A stretch of DNA of 64,000 nucleotides. Source: Podarcis cretensis. Its lineage: Eukaryota. The position numbers and the translations under genes are program-made. Location: NCBI GenBank assembly GCA_951804945.1, contig OX638152.1, positions 35,588,001 through 35,652,000 of the forward strand. The letters run 5' to 3'. The notes below the pieces were generated by a model. The model did no database searches, was not told where the DNA came from, and was given only the letters and a program-made list of their open reading frames with translations. The number at the start of each line of letters is the position of its first letter. The first letter of the stretch is position 1. Shown piece by piece: positions 35,791-48,262 of the stretch.

Positions 35791-36449
35791 ATATAAATAT
35801 ATATGTTTCCTTATCCTTTAAAAAGGCGAAACCGTGTGCTTTTCACACAAAAACCATTTCTATTGGGGTGAGAGGAAGAGGCTTCCTTACAGGTGCACGG
35901 CAGACAGACTTGGCATGGAGGTTTTCACCAGCTGAATTTCTGTCTAAAACACTTTTATTGCCCATTCCGGGTCGCCCAACCACTATCATAGTGTCCTTTC
36001 TCTTGGCAGATCAAGATGAGCAGGTGACAGCAAAGGTTGCAAAGTTTTTAGCTGAGGCAATCAGAATAAGATCCACTATTTGTCTATTGATTCAAAACCC
36101 TAAAAAGTATTTTATATAATTGACTTTTTATTTCTATTCTTTGTATATCGTATTGTTGTTTTATTGCTATGGCCGATGGCTGACGCAAATAAAGATTCAT
36201 TCGTTGTTCGTTCTGTTAAAAACACAGAGGTTCTGTCAACAAACAAACAGCAAGCCTGGTTTAAGTTTTGGAAACTTATTTCATGTTGTTATTGTTATTC
36301 CTGTTGGACCAGATGGCCCTCGGGGTCCCTTCCAACTCTGCAATTCCATTATTCTTTTATTTGCACGTGGGAAATCTGAGGTTTGTGGGGCAGGGAGGGG
36401 AAAGGGGGTTTGTTGCCTCTCTGGTTATTGAAAGCCAACTTTTAAGGAA

Positions 36450-36494
<45 letters not shown>
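36450..36494. repeat. (CA)n(GA)n microsatellite
   Basis: read directly. Confidence 0.95.
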
Positions 36495-36496
<2 letters not shown>

Positions 36497-36715
36497 TGGC
36501 TGGCTGCACATGCGCACCTGCTGGCTCCAAATAGAATTAGTTGTGCTTAACTGCCAGTAAAAATCATTAGATGAGTTGGTCCTGACTGACAAGTCGTCTT
36601 GAACTGACAGGAACTTCAGTGTCAGTCAATGGAGCTGGATTAGGGTGTCTAAGTATGAATGAAATAAAAAAATTCCTTCCAGTAGCACCTTAAAGACCAA
36701 CTAAGTTAGTTCTTG

Positions 36716-36753
36716 GTATGAGCTTTCGTGTGCATGCACACTTCTTCAGATAC
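36716..36753 (-). ncRNA. minimal type I hammerhead ribozyme motif (inverted copy)
   Basis: exact reverse complement of the core at 36765-36802; 4-bp stem I. Confidence 0.7.
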
Positions 36754-36763
36754 GACTTCTTCT

Positions 36764-36803
36764 GGTATCTGAAGAAGTGTGCATGCACACGAAAGCTCAT
36801 ACC
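36764..36803 (+). ncRNA. minimal type I hammerhead ribozyme motif
   Basis: GGUAU-CUGAAGA-A-GUGUGCAUGCACAC-GAAA-GC-UC|AUACC: stem I, conserved core, palindromic stem II, loopless stem III; predicted cleavage after 36798. Confidence 0.75.
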
Positions 36804-38532
36804 AAGAACTAACTTAGTTGGTCTTTAAGGTGCTACTGGAAGGAATTTTTTTATTTTGTTTTGACTATGGCAGACCAACACAGCTACCTATCTGTAAGTA
36901 TGAATGGTAATGATGGACAGTTGAGATGGCAAGGTAGTGTGGACGAGCAGCTATTTCTGGCTTAGAGCAAACCCAACATGGAGTGTGGTACTTTTAAAGC
37001 AAACATGTTTATTGTGGCACAAGCTTTTGTATTCTAGAGTCCATATTATCAAATCAGACTCAGGAAGTGTTATCCTAAACTGGCAGGTGTGTGTGTTTGA
37101 AATAAATCTCTATCTGTAAATAAACACACACACACACATACACGCAAGAAGTGAGGTCAGGAGGAAATGAATGCAACAAACAAGGCTCTGATAATCATGT
37201 GTAAAGCTTAAATGTATGTAAAATATAAATGATTACAGTGACCACCCTAAATCTACGTTGATAACACAAACATCCACGTAATAACCTACCAGCTAATTTA
37301 CAGGGCTCAGAAGACACTTTCTGTATGAACTTGTTTGCTATCTTGGAGCCTCTGTTTCAGAGAATTCTGGGAACTGTTCTGCTGGCTCTTCAGGAAGCTG
37401 GTACCCTCCAGATGTTTTGTACTGCAGCTTCCATCAGGCAAGCAAAGGCTGTGCCGCACCATAACTCTATTAGCACCCCAGGATAGCAACAGGGGAGAAA
37501 AGTCTATCTGCTGCACATGGGCAAGCCCACCACTGGACCAGTTAATGGGTTGAGGGCCCATTTCCATCTCTGGGTTCCTCTGAGCCATCCTTAATGGAGA
37601 GAGATACTGGAGCTTGGGGAAGTAGGTGCTATTTTCCTCCTGCATCCTAGTCCAGACAATGCTTAATGCTGAGAGGGTCCTGGAGAAAGATGACTTTGCT
37701 TCTGCTGACACCAACATAACCAACTTGCCATTCCTGTTTTGCTTGGAGAGAGACAAACCAGGAAGCTTGAGCTCATACTTGCTTCCCTGTAGTAAGAATC
37801 CGTATGGCATGGGGTGGAGTGGCAAAATCAGAGAGTTCTGAGTTTTGTTGCAGCTGCAGAGCTGGCCTCGGCACCATGGGGTGAGTTATAGAGTTGATAG
37901 AAATTTGGACAGAATATAGATAGAGCTGATAGAAATTTGGTGGCCTCAGTTGCCATCAGCAAGTTGACATGCTTTGCTGTCTCTCTAAAGAAAGGGTCTG
38001 TTTTTCTGTGTGCTTTCTTTTATATATGTCTTATGAATATGAATGAGAGGGTTACTCTATGTCTTTTGCTTTCAATTTCTTTTTTGCTTCTCCTTCTTTT
38101 ACCAAACCAATAAACATATTCAGAACACGAAAAATCCTCTTTACTGTACAAAGGGAGAAATCAACTTAATATGTCAGAAGTTTTGAGAAATATTAACAAA
38201 GTTAAAATTTTCCAGTTTTGAAAACTACTTTGTGTTTAACTTTAGTTATTCCAGAAGAAAATAATTAACTGTTTATGGGCTTTTGTATTACCATTCTGAC
38301 CAGCATTATATTCAACAAAGGATTATTGAATGTTTGAACACAGGTAAAATGCATAGTTGATTTTATTCTCAGCTTTATATTACTTCAGCAGAAACGATGT
38401 GCTGCATTTCCTGCTGAGATTCATTTCATTCCTCTGATCCTAAACTGAGTATTCCCACTGCATTTCTGTGGGGTTTAAAAAGAGCAGTGCATTAACTACA
38501 GTGTAGGTTTATCCAGGAACAAAGTCAAACAA

Positions 38533-38611
38533 TGCAATCCTATACCTGCTTAGAAAAAAGCCCAACTGAGTTCAATGGGACTTACTCCCAGGTAAATGTA
38601 TATAGGATTGC
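38533..38611. mobile_element. short palindromic MITE-like repeat (gcaatcctat...ataggattgc)
   Basis: terminal inverted repeats; decayed relatives at ~28840-28910, 43105-43170 and 62280-62362. Confidence 0.6.
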
Positions 38612-39180
38612 TACCTAACTTATTTTCTGCTGTTTGATGAGTTCAGTTCAGTTTTAAGAAATGAATTCAAGATAATAGTTCAGTTTCAAGAAATGAATTC
38701 CTGCTTACATTTAATTCTCGAACTTCTTTGCCGCACGCTTTAGAATCAAGAAGAGAAAAGTGAAAATCAGTATTGAAAATCATAATGTGCCTGCTTTATT
38801 TCATACACATTTTCTTGTCTTTAGCTAATTTTTTGAAATTGGAGATATCATATGTCATGTCACCAGCTAGTCAATGCTTTGTTTGGAAAAAGGGCCAGCT
38901 AAATACCTTTGGACACCTTAGAAACTGAGGACACGTCAACAGTGTTTTTGTGTTGTTTTCCCCTCCATCATCTTGTACTGAGAGAAAGATTGCAGGGGAA
39001 AGGGTATATGTTATGTATGGTTTTGTTTTGCTTAATTTTTTACATTTATATCCAGTCTTTCTTCCAAAGAGCTCAAGGTCGTTGACAAGGTGTCTCACTC
39101 CCCACCACACACCACTATACTGTACCACACTGGTTGTAGTAGGGAAGTAGGGAAAAAGTGAGTGATTATCTTATCCATTT

Positions 39181-39333
39181 ACAGATAGGTAGCCGTGTTG
39201 GTCTGCCATAGTCAAAACAAAAAAAATTCCTTCCAGTAGCACCTTAAAGACCAACTAAGTTAGTTCTTGGTATGAGCTTTCGTGTGCATGCACACTTCTT
39301 CAGATACACATCTTAGATCAGATACAGATACAG
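39181..39333 (-). mobile_element. Penelope-like element remnant, same family as 36662-36894
   Basis: near-identical to the reverse complement of 36765-36894; 12-bp direct repeat atcttatccatt at 39168-39179 and 39334-39345. Confidence 0.85.
39270..39307 (-). ncRNA. minimal type I hammerhead ribozyme motif (third intact copy)
   Basis: identical core GUAU-CUGAAGAA-GUGUGCAUGCACAC-GAAAGCUC-AUAC. Confidence 0.7.
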
Positions 39334-39976
39334 ATCTTATCCATTGTTTGTGTTTGTTTGGGTCCTTTGGTTGTACCAGCCCTATATTTGTGATTGACAA
39401 TTGAGTTATTTGTTCCGCATGCTGGTTATGTCCTGCTTTTAGATTGTAGCAGAATTGTGGTGTTGGTTGTGTTGTGCTATGTGGGGATGTGCCTGATATC
39501 AAGCATATTGTTATGAGGTTGTGGGTTTTTTTGGAGGGGGGTCAGACTCCCCTAAATCTCTGGATTCAGTAAAGCATTAGAATTTAAGCATACCTCTGAA
39601 TTCTTGGTGTCAAAAATAACACAGACCAGCTTCTTCATGAGGTCATTACTTAGTAATGGCCAAGTTGCTGACCTAACAAATGGCAGGATGATGGGCCGTT
39701 AAGCTAGATGGCTCTTGGAAGCAGCCCCTGCCTGAGCTCAGAGGGAGATAGTTGGCAGAGACAAGGAGAGTTTAGTTTTAGGACTGAAGTTTGCCTGATG
39801 TGGGCTGGAGGAAAATTGTTTTGGTCTGTTAAACACAGCAGGATGGAGAACTGGGAGGGGTGGGGATAGTCACAACACAATGTGGGCTGACGGTTCGACT
39901 CCAACATGGCAGCCATGCGACAAACAGGACCCACACAGAGTGTAATGATAGGAACCTCTCTATACTAGGCTCAGGT

Positions 39977-40015
<39 letters not shown>
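39977..40015. repeat. (TA)n(TG)n microsatellite
   Basis: read directly. Confidence 0.95.
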
Positions 40016-40019
<4 letters not shown>

Positions 40020-42016
40020 AAACCCTATATCATAAAGATACCACAGTCTCCACTGTGCCTCATTTCCAAGGAAAGCATGAATCCTGGGTAAGTGCCTGGA
40101 CCCCTGAAATCTTGCACCGCTTGGAGATTTGGATGACATGTAACAATGCAATCCATGGACAGAATCATTTTCAAACAGAAACGAAGGGTTGCCATTAGTG
40201 GCTTAAAATGCAGCAAAGTGATCCCGTCCCCCTGCATTGCAGGTTACATTTGCATGGAGTCGTTTCACATCAGAGAGGGGACAGGGATTTCTCTACCTGA
40301 TGCACAGGACATTTTTGTTTCCCCACCTCTGCAACCCCACAAACTTATACTCATTAAACTGTACTCTGTGCCTGTGTGATGGCTGCTGGGTATGTTCACT
40401 TTGCTGCTTGCACTGCATCCAAGTTTTCTAATCGGAGTGAACCTGGTTTGAGGGGGAAAATAGCAGTATTTGTCAAGAAACTGCAGGATCAGTATGGATT
40501 GTGGCTAACATTGTGTGAATGAGGCTTTAAGCATTAGCTGTAGGAGGGCACTGGATGTGGAGCCTGCAATAATTTGAAAGCCACTCATTTAAATTTAGGG
40601 GCAGGCAACCCAGACAACTGCCTAGGGTGCTGAGCAGACGGGGTGCCTGTCGTGGGCCTATCCGCTCAATAGCTGAAACAATAATACAGACAGTTCATGA
40701 TCACTGTTATAAAGCTGGCAACACAAACCTGCACAGTCATGATTTCATTACAACTCTTTTTTATTTCAATCCATGAGAAATGTGCATCTATGCCCATTAA
40801 AAAAAAAACTGTGTGAGTCATCTGTGATCAGATCCTTTCCTGCAAATTTATTGTCAATGATAAATGATGTCTACAAATGGTGCATCAAATTTATTAAACA
40901 GGCAACAAATGCATTGAAAGAAGGTATTCAGAAAGGCACACCAAATCTGTTTCTTTACCAGGGTACCATTTAGTCTAGGACTGGCCCAGTCTGCGGATGG
41001 AATGGCTTGGTGGCAGTAAACTTGCAAAAACCACAAATACTAGCTCAAAAGGCTGCAAAGAACTTTTGCACTTAAGCAGAATGAGGTGGTAGTGTTCACT
41101 AGATATGTCCTTTGAGTCTCAGGGTCTGAGCTGCAGATGACCTGGCAATCCTAAGGCATGAATGTTTTTCAGAAGAACTTGTTCAACACTGTTTATCTTG
41201 TCTGTGAAGAACTCCTAATTAGCCTCCTTGGACTGTAATTTAACACCCACTAGTTTAAACTTCACTGTGTGATCTGCATGGGGATATTATTACAATTGAA
41301 TTACATGGTGTACTTAGGGAGATTTTCCTCCCACTGTCACCTTCCTTGCACTGAGAGGAGAAGAAAGAGGAGGAAGTTTTGTTTTTTATCATTACATGTA
41401 AATGTGAGGTTTCATTTCATTGCAGTAGATGAATGAGCTGTGAGGTAATGATGTTACAGTGTATTGCACACAGACTAAAATAAACCCATAGTCTTAAAGG
41501 AAAACCTGGCATGGATTTTGAGAAGAGCTGGCATTTGACATGGCATGCTTGAGCAGTCTTGTCTATTACCGCCCAGGAGATTAAATCAATGTCTTTTCCT
41601 GTTTTGTTTTGTTTTTTGCTTCTAATGAACATATGTTAGTTCATGCACATTAGGCTCTTGAGTAATTCTATGCACATGAAATAATAAAAAGTAAAGTATT
41701 GATTTCTTGTTGAATAAAATGTTATTTTAAAGAGAATAAAATGGCCTGGCATTTTGATAGTTTTAAAAATGTGTGTCATGTGGATATGATAAGTCAAGAT
41801 GGAGTTAAGAGATTTTAACTCAATTTGGTATGTAGGAGAAGGAAAAGCAACTTCATTTTTGGCAGAAAAGACACAGTGGGAAAAGGTGGTGGTGGTGTTT
41901 ATTAAGATAATTTTGGTAGGGATTTTTTTTTTTGGGGGGGGGGTAAATTTCTTGGAAACTAATGCTCTGATAGTCCCCATAGCTCAATGATGTGTCTCAA
42001 ACACTTGGTAAGTTAG

Positions 42017-42517
42017 GGTCTTCCTCTGCATGCAAAGACAGGCTCCAGCAGGTTGAGCAGACGAGACCAATTGTGGGTCCAATGGTCAAGAAGGCGGTTT
42101 CTGCATGTGCTATACAGGGAAAGTGAGGGCAGATAGGGTTCTCCAACTTGGGAAAGTAGCCCATCTAAGAGAAGGAAAACTCTGATCCTAAACCTCTGCT
42201 GCCTTGTGGGATATCTTCAGGAGAAGAAAAGGCTAAGGAGTAAATTCTACACAAATCTGGACGGTTAGATGGAGACTTGTTTGCCTCCTTCTGGCAATTC
42301 CTGCAGCCAAGCTGGTGCCAGACATATAGCTCTGCTTTCCTTTGGACCACATCAGGGAGTCATAGAGGGGGGACTTGTTGTCTGGGCAGCCCAGGACCTC
42401 CATAGACAACACCTAGGCTTGCAGCCCCGGGAGGTCACTTTGGTGTTGCTAACACAGCTGTTTGACCTCACCCCTGGAGGCACACTCCATTGTCTCTTGA
42501 GACAGATGGATACCAAT
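42017..42517 (+). mobile_element. RTE-related non-autonomous retroelement fragment
   Basis: gaaggaaaactctga..taaacctc motif recalled from RTE-clade 5' regions; family assignment tentative. Confidence 0.45.
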
Positions 42518-42862
42518 AATGCTCTGATTGAGGTGAAATATCATACACAGTATGATGTGCCGTACAAAGCTCTGTAAAGATGAAATAAATCAACTGTTCT
42601 GCTATGGCGTTGTACTGTTTGCATCAAAATGCTGTAATTGACAAGGAAACTTCTTGATTTCCCAAAACAAGAAAGAGAAACAAAGATCCAGTCATTGCAT
42701 TGTTTAGGGAAGTGTTGATGTTGCCATGGGGAAACTAGCTTTTTAACTGGGAAATTATTTTAATTTCTTAAACGGTAAGCCTGGAGTATCATAAAAAGTT
42801 TTCCAAGCAAATATACAGTAGTTCAATACATCACAAAATCTCCATTATAAATGCAGTTTTAT

Positions 42863-42956
42863 CAACATAAACAACAGAGACTCTTGTGGCACCTAGAAGA
42901 CTGATGACTAATGTTGTATGGCATAAGTTTTTGTGGACTACAGTCCATTTCTACAG
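42863..42956 (-). mobile_element. old Penelope-like terminal repeat with decayed hammerhead motif
   Basis: - strand ctgtaga-a-atggactgtagtccac-aaaa-acttatgcc...ggtgccacaagag. Confidence 0.55.
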
Positions 42957-44859
42957 TTGCACGAACCCCTGATGTTGTGGGTGATATTAGGTCCGGTAAC
43001 AGTGCTGCCAGAATAGACATGGAGACAGAATTGGCCTGCTCTTCCTGATGAGTAGCCATTTTAGTTTGGAGGGCCAAGGGGGCTATCTGTAAATGTCTGC
43101 CAGTGCAATCCTATGTTTATTCAGAAGCAAGTCCCACTGAGTCCTGGGAGACTTAGTCCTTAGTGCGTATTGTTATGCTCACTCTCTTTCACGAACAAGA
43201 AATTTCTGGGGTGCAGTACTCACCCAGGATTGTTTTTTAGGGGGAGGAGATCACTGGAGGCTTATAGTGTTGTATAATATTTGAGTTTATATTCAAATAT
43301 ACATATTGAATAGATTAAATATTCCAGCGAACAGCCAAATCCACTGCCTCATATCAGATTTCTGGTGGAAGGTAGCCAGTACCCCAAAATGCTGCTGGCT
43401 TAAAGAGCCAGGGAAAAAAATCTGCTTTCTCTCTTAGTCTGTGTCACACTTGGAATCTGCAGAAAATTGGCCAGCTTTCCTCCTTGCCCTGATTAAAGGG
43501 AACAAGGATAAGTCATCTTCTTCAATCTTTTCTTAGCCTTCTTAGGCCATTTATCAGTCTACAGTCAGTTCCCATAGAGACATACATCGCCTGTAATTTC
43601 CTGAACAAAAAATGTGCCTGACAACTTTCCCAGAACTTTTAAGGGAGTCGCCAGCAGTATCTTCTGCTCCATTAACTCTATTCTGTACAGACTTCCAATC
43701 TTACACCAATTCAATATATTTGTGTGACACGCCTTGAGGTCAACTCAGAAGGCTGGTAGATGGCACAAAGATGGGCCCGCCATTTTGTCTAGAACAGCAC
43801 AGTAGGTCATTTTTTTGCCCATATTCCACAATCCCTTTATGCCCCAGAGGATGTTTTCTTCCATGCAGGTTAGATACCAGAACTCAAAGTTGAAGCTGTG
43901 TCATCAGGCCTAGACATTAGAGACTCACCATGGTTATTTAATGGTGAGGGAAATTCATCATGTCCCTGCCCAAAGGTCTTCTGTGTTGGTTCTACTTCAC
44001 ATCTTGCAGGATAGAAAGTGGCACTGGAAAAAGCCCCAGAGCCAAGCCATGGTTCAAATGAAACACTGCTGTCATGACAGAACAGTCCCTTAGTCCCTTC
44101 ACAATCACTGCCCCCCCCCGGTGACACTTGTGCAAAATCACAGCCAGCTTTATGATGGCCTAATACCACAAGAAGAGCCCTGATGGATTAGGCTAAAATC
44201 CATCTGCTCCACCATTCTGTTCTCACAGTGGCCAGCCAGATGTCTATGGGAAACCCACAAGCTGTATTTAAGTCCAGCAGCACTCACCCCTCTTGCACCG
44301 GTATTTGGAGACATACTCCCCCAGTACTGGAGGTAATTCACAGCCATCATGGCTAGTAGCCATAGACAGACTTATACTCCATGAATGTCTAAACCTTTTA
44401 AAAACCGTTTAGGTTTGTGGCTTATAATTTCCTGGGTTCCTTTTTTTAAAAAATGGTTTTACATTAGCCCCTTTCTAATTCTTAGGCATGGAGGACAACT
44501 GTAGGGATAAGTTCCATATCACATTAGAACACTTGGGTAGATGCCATGTAGACCCGGCAATGTTAGTTTATCATTGGAAGCACATTACACATAGGTGAAT
44601 GCCCTCAAAGCCTCTCCATTCTTTCCCCAGACATGCTGTGAATCATGTGGGTGTTGATTTGTTGCTTATCATTTACTGATTCGATTCTCCTTCCTAGAAG
44701 GAAGCCTGCTGTTGGCATGAATCTGTTCCGGTTGTTGCAACAGTTTTGGCTGCCCTAGACAGGTGGCTTGAGGCAGATGTGACCATTAAAATGTATTACA
44801 GTGTTTGCTAGGGCAACTGGTGGCTTCCCTCAAACTGAATTGGAATTCATTTTAAAAGC

Positions 44860-44909
44860 TCTTCTTCTTCTTCTTCTTCTTCTTCTTCTTCTTCTTCTTC
44901 TTCTTCTTC
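44860..44909. repeat. (TTC)n microsatellite
   Basis: read directly. Confidence 0.95.
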
Positions 44910-45829
44910 AAATATAGCAATGGATTTGATGTGGGGTTACTTACTTGCTCCTACAGTAGGGATGAACTGAAGGAGATATGCTAGGTCTCCTTGGAGCCTC
45001 TTGCTTGCAACTGTTGCTCTTTCCTTGGAAAGCATCCTTAAACTGTCCTCTAGAAATGCCACCTACAAAACTGCATCCTTGTAAAATCAAGCGAACAGAA
45101 AAAGGATCACTATCATATTCATATTTCAAAGTTCCACAGAGTAGTAGTACTGATGACGACAAAAATCCCAAAAAGCATCTTGGGACACTTTAAAGTCTAA
45201 TAGTTTTATCGCCAACACACCTGAGAAGACTTGAGACAATAAAGATGAGTAACTGGTTATATTTATTAAGATATAACAACGAAAGAATCTCCCTATCAGG
45301 ACAATTAAACCAAATTAACCAAAACTGATGAGGTCTGGGTGGTTAGGTGGACTGATGGGATGATTTCAACTATCCCATCTCCTAAGCCAACTGCCAGCCA
45401 CACATGAGATTATGCAGCAAGGCTTGAAGAAACTCCTTCCTCTTCAATGTGTGCTGTTTGGGTATATGAACCTGACACGTACACTGTGGTTCCATTGGCC
45501 AACATTAACCTCAATGAGAAGAGGGGAGAGGGTGGGGTGGAGTGGGCTTAAATAGCCTGTTCTCCCTGATATGGCAAATTGCCCCCATATTGTTGCCCAT
45601 GTTACCCCTGTGGGAGAGTCCCATCTATTCTCCTCTTGCATTGGGTTTTGTAGCTCAAGTCCATGAGAACTTGTGACAGAACAAAAATTAGTATTTGATG
45701 TGCAAAAAGGGACTTTTTGCACTTCATACTGGCAATCTCACTAGCCAATGGATGCTAATTCAAATAAAGAAAATATCCTCACTTTTTTGGAAGACAGATG
45801 AAAAGAGCACTAGGCCCTATAAGTTATAG

Positions 45830-46900
45830 AAGGTTCTATCCTCTCTCCCATGTTATTTGATATCTACATGAAACCACTGGGAGGTGTCATCTGGTAATTC
45901 GAAGTGTGGCATTACCAGTATGTGTATTACGCTCAACTCTCTTGCTCCACACTGTCCAATTCAGGAGAGCCTGTGCAAGTCCTCAGCTGCTGTCTGGAGG
46001 CAGTGATTGGCAGGATCAAGGTCATTAAACAGAAGCTGAATCCTAATAAAGGTAGCAGCTTTGTGGGTTAGTGATTCCCAGGTCTTAGAATTCGATATAT
46101 GACATATTAATAACAGGGAGGCAGTTTCCCTTGGAGAACAGGTGCATAGTCTAGGAATACTCCTAGATTTCAAATTGTCACAGGTAGTGCATGTGGCCTC
46201 AGTGGCAAGAAGTTTATATCCAGCTTCTGCTGGTTCATCTGCTAAAACCAGTCTTGGACTGGGATAACTTGGTTGCAGTAGTGTATGCTCTGATAACTTC
46301 CTGATTGGATTATTGCAATGCACTCTATGGGAACTTTCTTTGAATACTGTATGGAAGCGGCAGCATTACAGAATGCTGCTGCCCAATTTCTGAATAGGTC
46401 CTTTAAATGGAATCCCAGAACACCAGTCCTGAAAGCAATGCACTGGCTGCCAGCGAACTACCAGGCCCAATTCAAGATGTTGGTACTGATCTACAAGGCT
46501 GCAAATGGCTCAGGAGGACCCAATTACCTGAAGGAGTGCCTTCCCCAGTACCAACAAACTTGGATTTTAAGAAGAGTAGTTGACACCCGGTCAACACAGC
46601 ATGGGAGCTGCTATACAAGGCAAGGCCTTCTTAATGGTGGCACCCTGACTTTGGAAATCCCTCCCTGTTGAGATCACGGACACGTTCCTCCACATAATTT
46701 TCACTCATGCAACACCTTAAGATTCATTTGTTCCAGCAAGCCTTTTGATCATAAAGGGAGAGTCAACATGCATAATTTAAAGTTGGCTCTTATATTTTAC
46801 CTTATACTGTATGGTGTTTTGTGCTGTGGTTTCATGTGTGTGTGTGAATTTTTCATGTTAGCCGCCTTAAGTTCTCAAAGGAGGAAAGGCAAAGAACGGA
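45830..46900 (+). mobile_element. old L2 LINE ORF2 fragment
   Basis: ORF 46318..46671 LQNAAAQFL...TPVLKAMHWLP....QFKMLVLIYKA.NG.GP.YLKE. Confidence 0.8.
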
Positions 46901-47214
46901 AACAACAAAATCAACAACATCACTTTTATTATTGGTCGGCACTAATAAGTGATAAGGATAGGGCAGCTGCTTTTGTGTAAATTAACCTAGACTTCTACAG
47001 TGTTACTTTATTCTTGTTTGTGGAGCAGGGGAGAGCGGATTGACATCAGTGGCAATCACTTTGGTACAGCAAATATTTGTGTAGATAATGCAATGTTTGC
47101 TAATTATAAACTGTCTACTTTGAGAATGTTCTTGCAACCAGCTTCCTGTATGGTGTCAATAAAAGAGTCTTATCAGTTAATTTATTTAGCTGTTTTTCTG
47201 TTAGTTCAGTGATA

Positions 47215-47555
47215 GTCATCTTCAAATATCTAAAAGGCTGTCACATGGAAGATGGAGCAAGTTTGTTTTCTCCCGCTTCAAAGGGTAGGACCCGAACCAA
47301 TGGCTTCCAACCAAGCCAAAGAAACCAAGGGGCATTCTGACTAAACATCTGGAAGAACTTTCTGACACTAAGAGCTTTTCAACAGTGGAACAGACTTCTT
47401 TAGAAGGCGATGGATTCTTCTTCATTGGAATTTTTAAAGTAGAGGTTGGATGACCACCTGTCATGGATGCTTCAGTTGAAATTATTGCGTTGCAGGGGGT
47501 TGGACTAGATGGCCCTTGGGGTCTCTCCCAAATCAACAGTTCTTTGATTCTATGA
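47215..47555 (+). mobile_element. CR1 LINE 3' end
   Basis: ttcaaatatctaaaaggctgtcac...gttggactagatg...gattctatga tail. Confidence 0.85.
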
Positions 47556-47989
47556 CAACCTTCATTGAGGAGAGGAAATGTAGCACATGCTGTTCAAAGG
47601 GGCAGACTGAGTAAAGTTAACTTTTATCCTTCTGCTGGGCCTCTTGGACACCAAGGTTGCAATCCGATGCAGCTACTTGTGTTGCAGCTAGATGTGATGT
47701 TAGTCACCTGGATGCAGTTAACGTACACATATTTTTGGGAGTCATATGAGCAACAACCTGAGCAATCTCCATAGTGAGTGGTAAAGAGAGGCAGTTGTTC
47801 CTCTATTTTTCTCTCTGCCAGGTTCTTGAGGAAAACCCCCCTCTTCAAGGCTATCTGCATTTCAAATGAAGCCTCCACTGGCACCAATGGGAGCTTCCCT
47901 TGAAATGAAAACAATAACTTCAAAGGGGTGATTTTGCTGGGAACCCGACAAAGAGAGAAATAGTTGAACTTTGCCTCTCCACCAACATT

Positions 47990-48262
47990 CTTGGGGATCC
48001 TGCCATATCAGCATATTCTTCTTCATCACCATCCATTCTATGTACATGACCAAGTCAGCGTAATAATCGCTGGAGACATGCTGGGAATGTGGGCTTGGAC
48101 GATCACATCTTTGAGAGTGTCTTGATGTAGGACATACGGAAGGCATTGAGGTGTTGTTCCCGGCAGTTGTAAGTTGCCTCTGTCTCACTTCCATAAAGCA
48201 GCATGCTCAGCACGCAAGCTGAGCATCCTATCTTGTTGAGCAGTGTGAAGAGTCTATTTCTG
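47990..48262 (-). mobile_element. RTE-clade LINE ORF2 fragment
   Basis: ACVLSMLLYGSET..TY.....HLNAFRM in ORF 48103..48369, with a GHVHRM remnant downstream. Confidence 0.75.

Larger units (their letters stand above)
36662..36894. mobile_element. Penelope-like element remnant forming a perfect 92-bp inverted repeat
   Basis: arms 36662-36753 and 36765-36856 are exact reverse complements; 12-bp flanking direct repeat taagtatgaatg at 36650-36661 and 36895-36906. Confidence 0.85.

Noticed and set aside
38636-38700. Short tandem duplications here and at 1192-1250 and 16361-16403
   Set aside because: Ordinary local slippage duplications with no further structure
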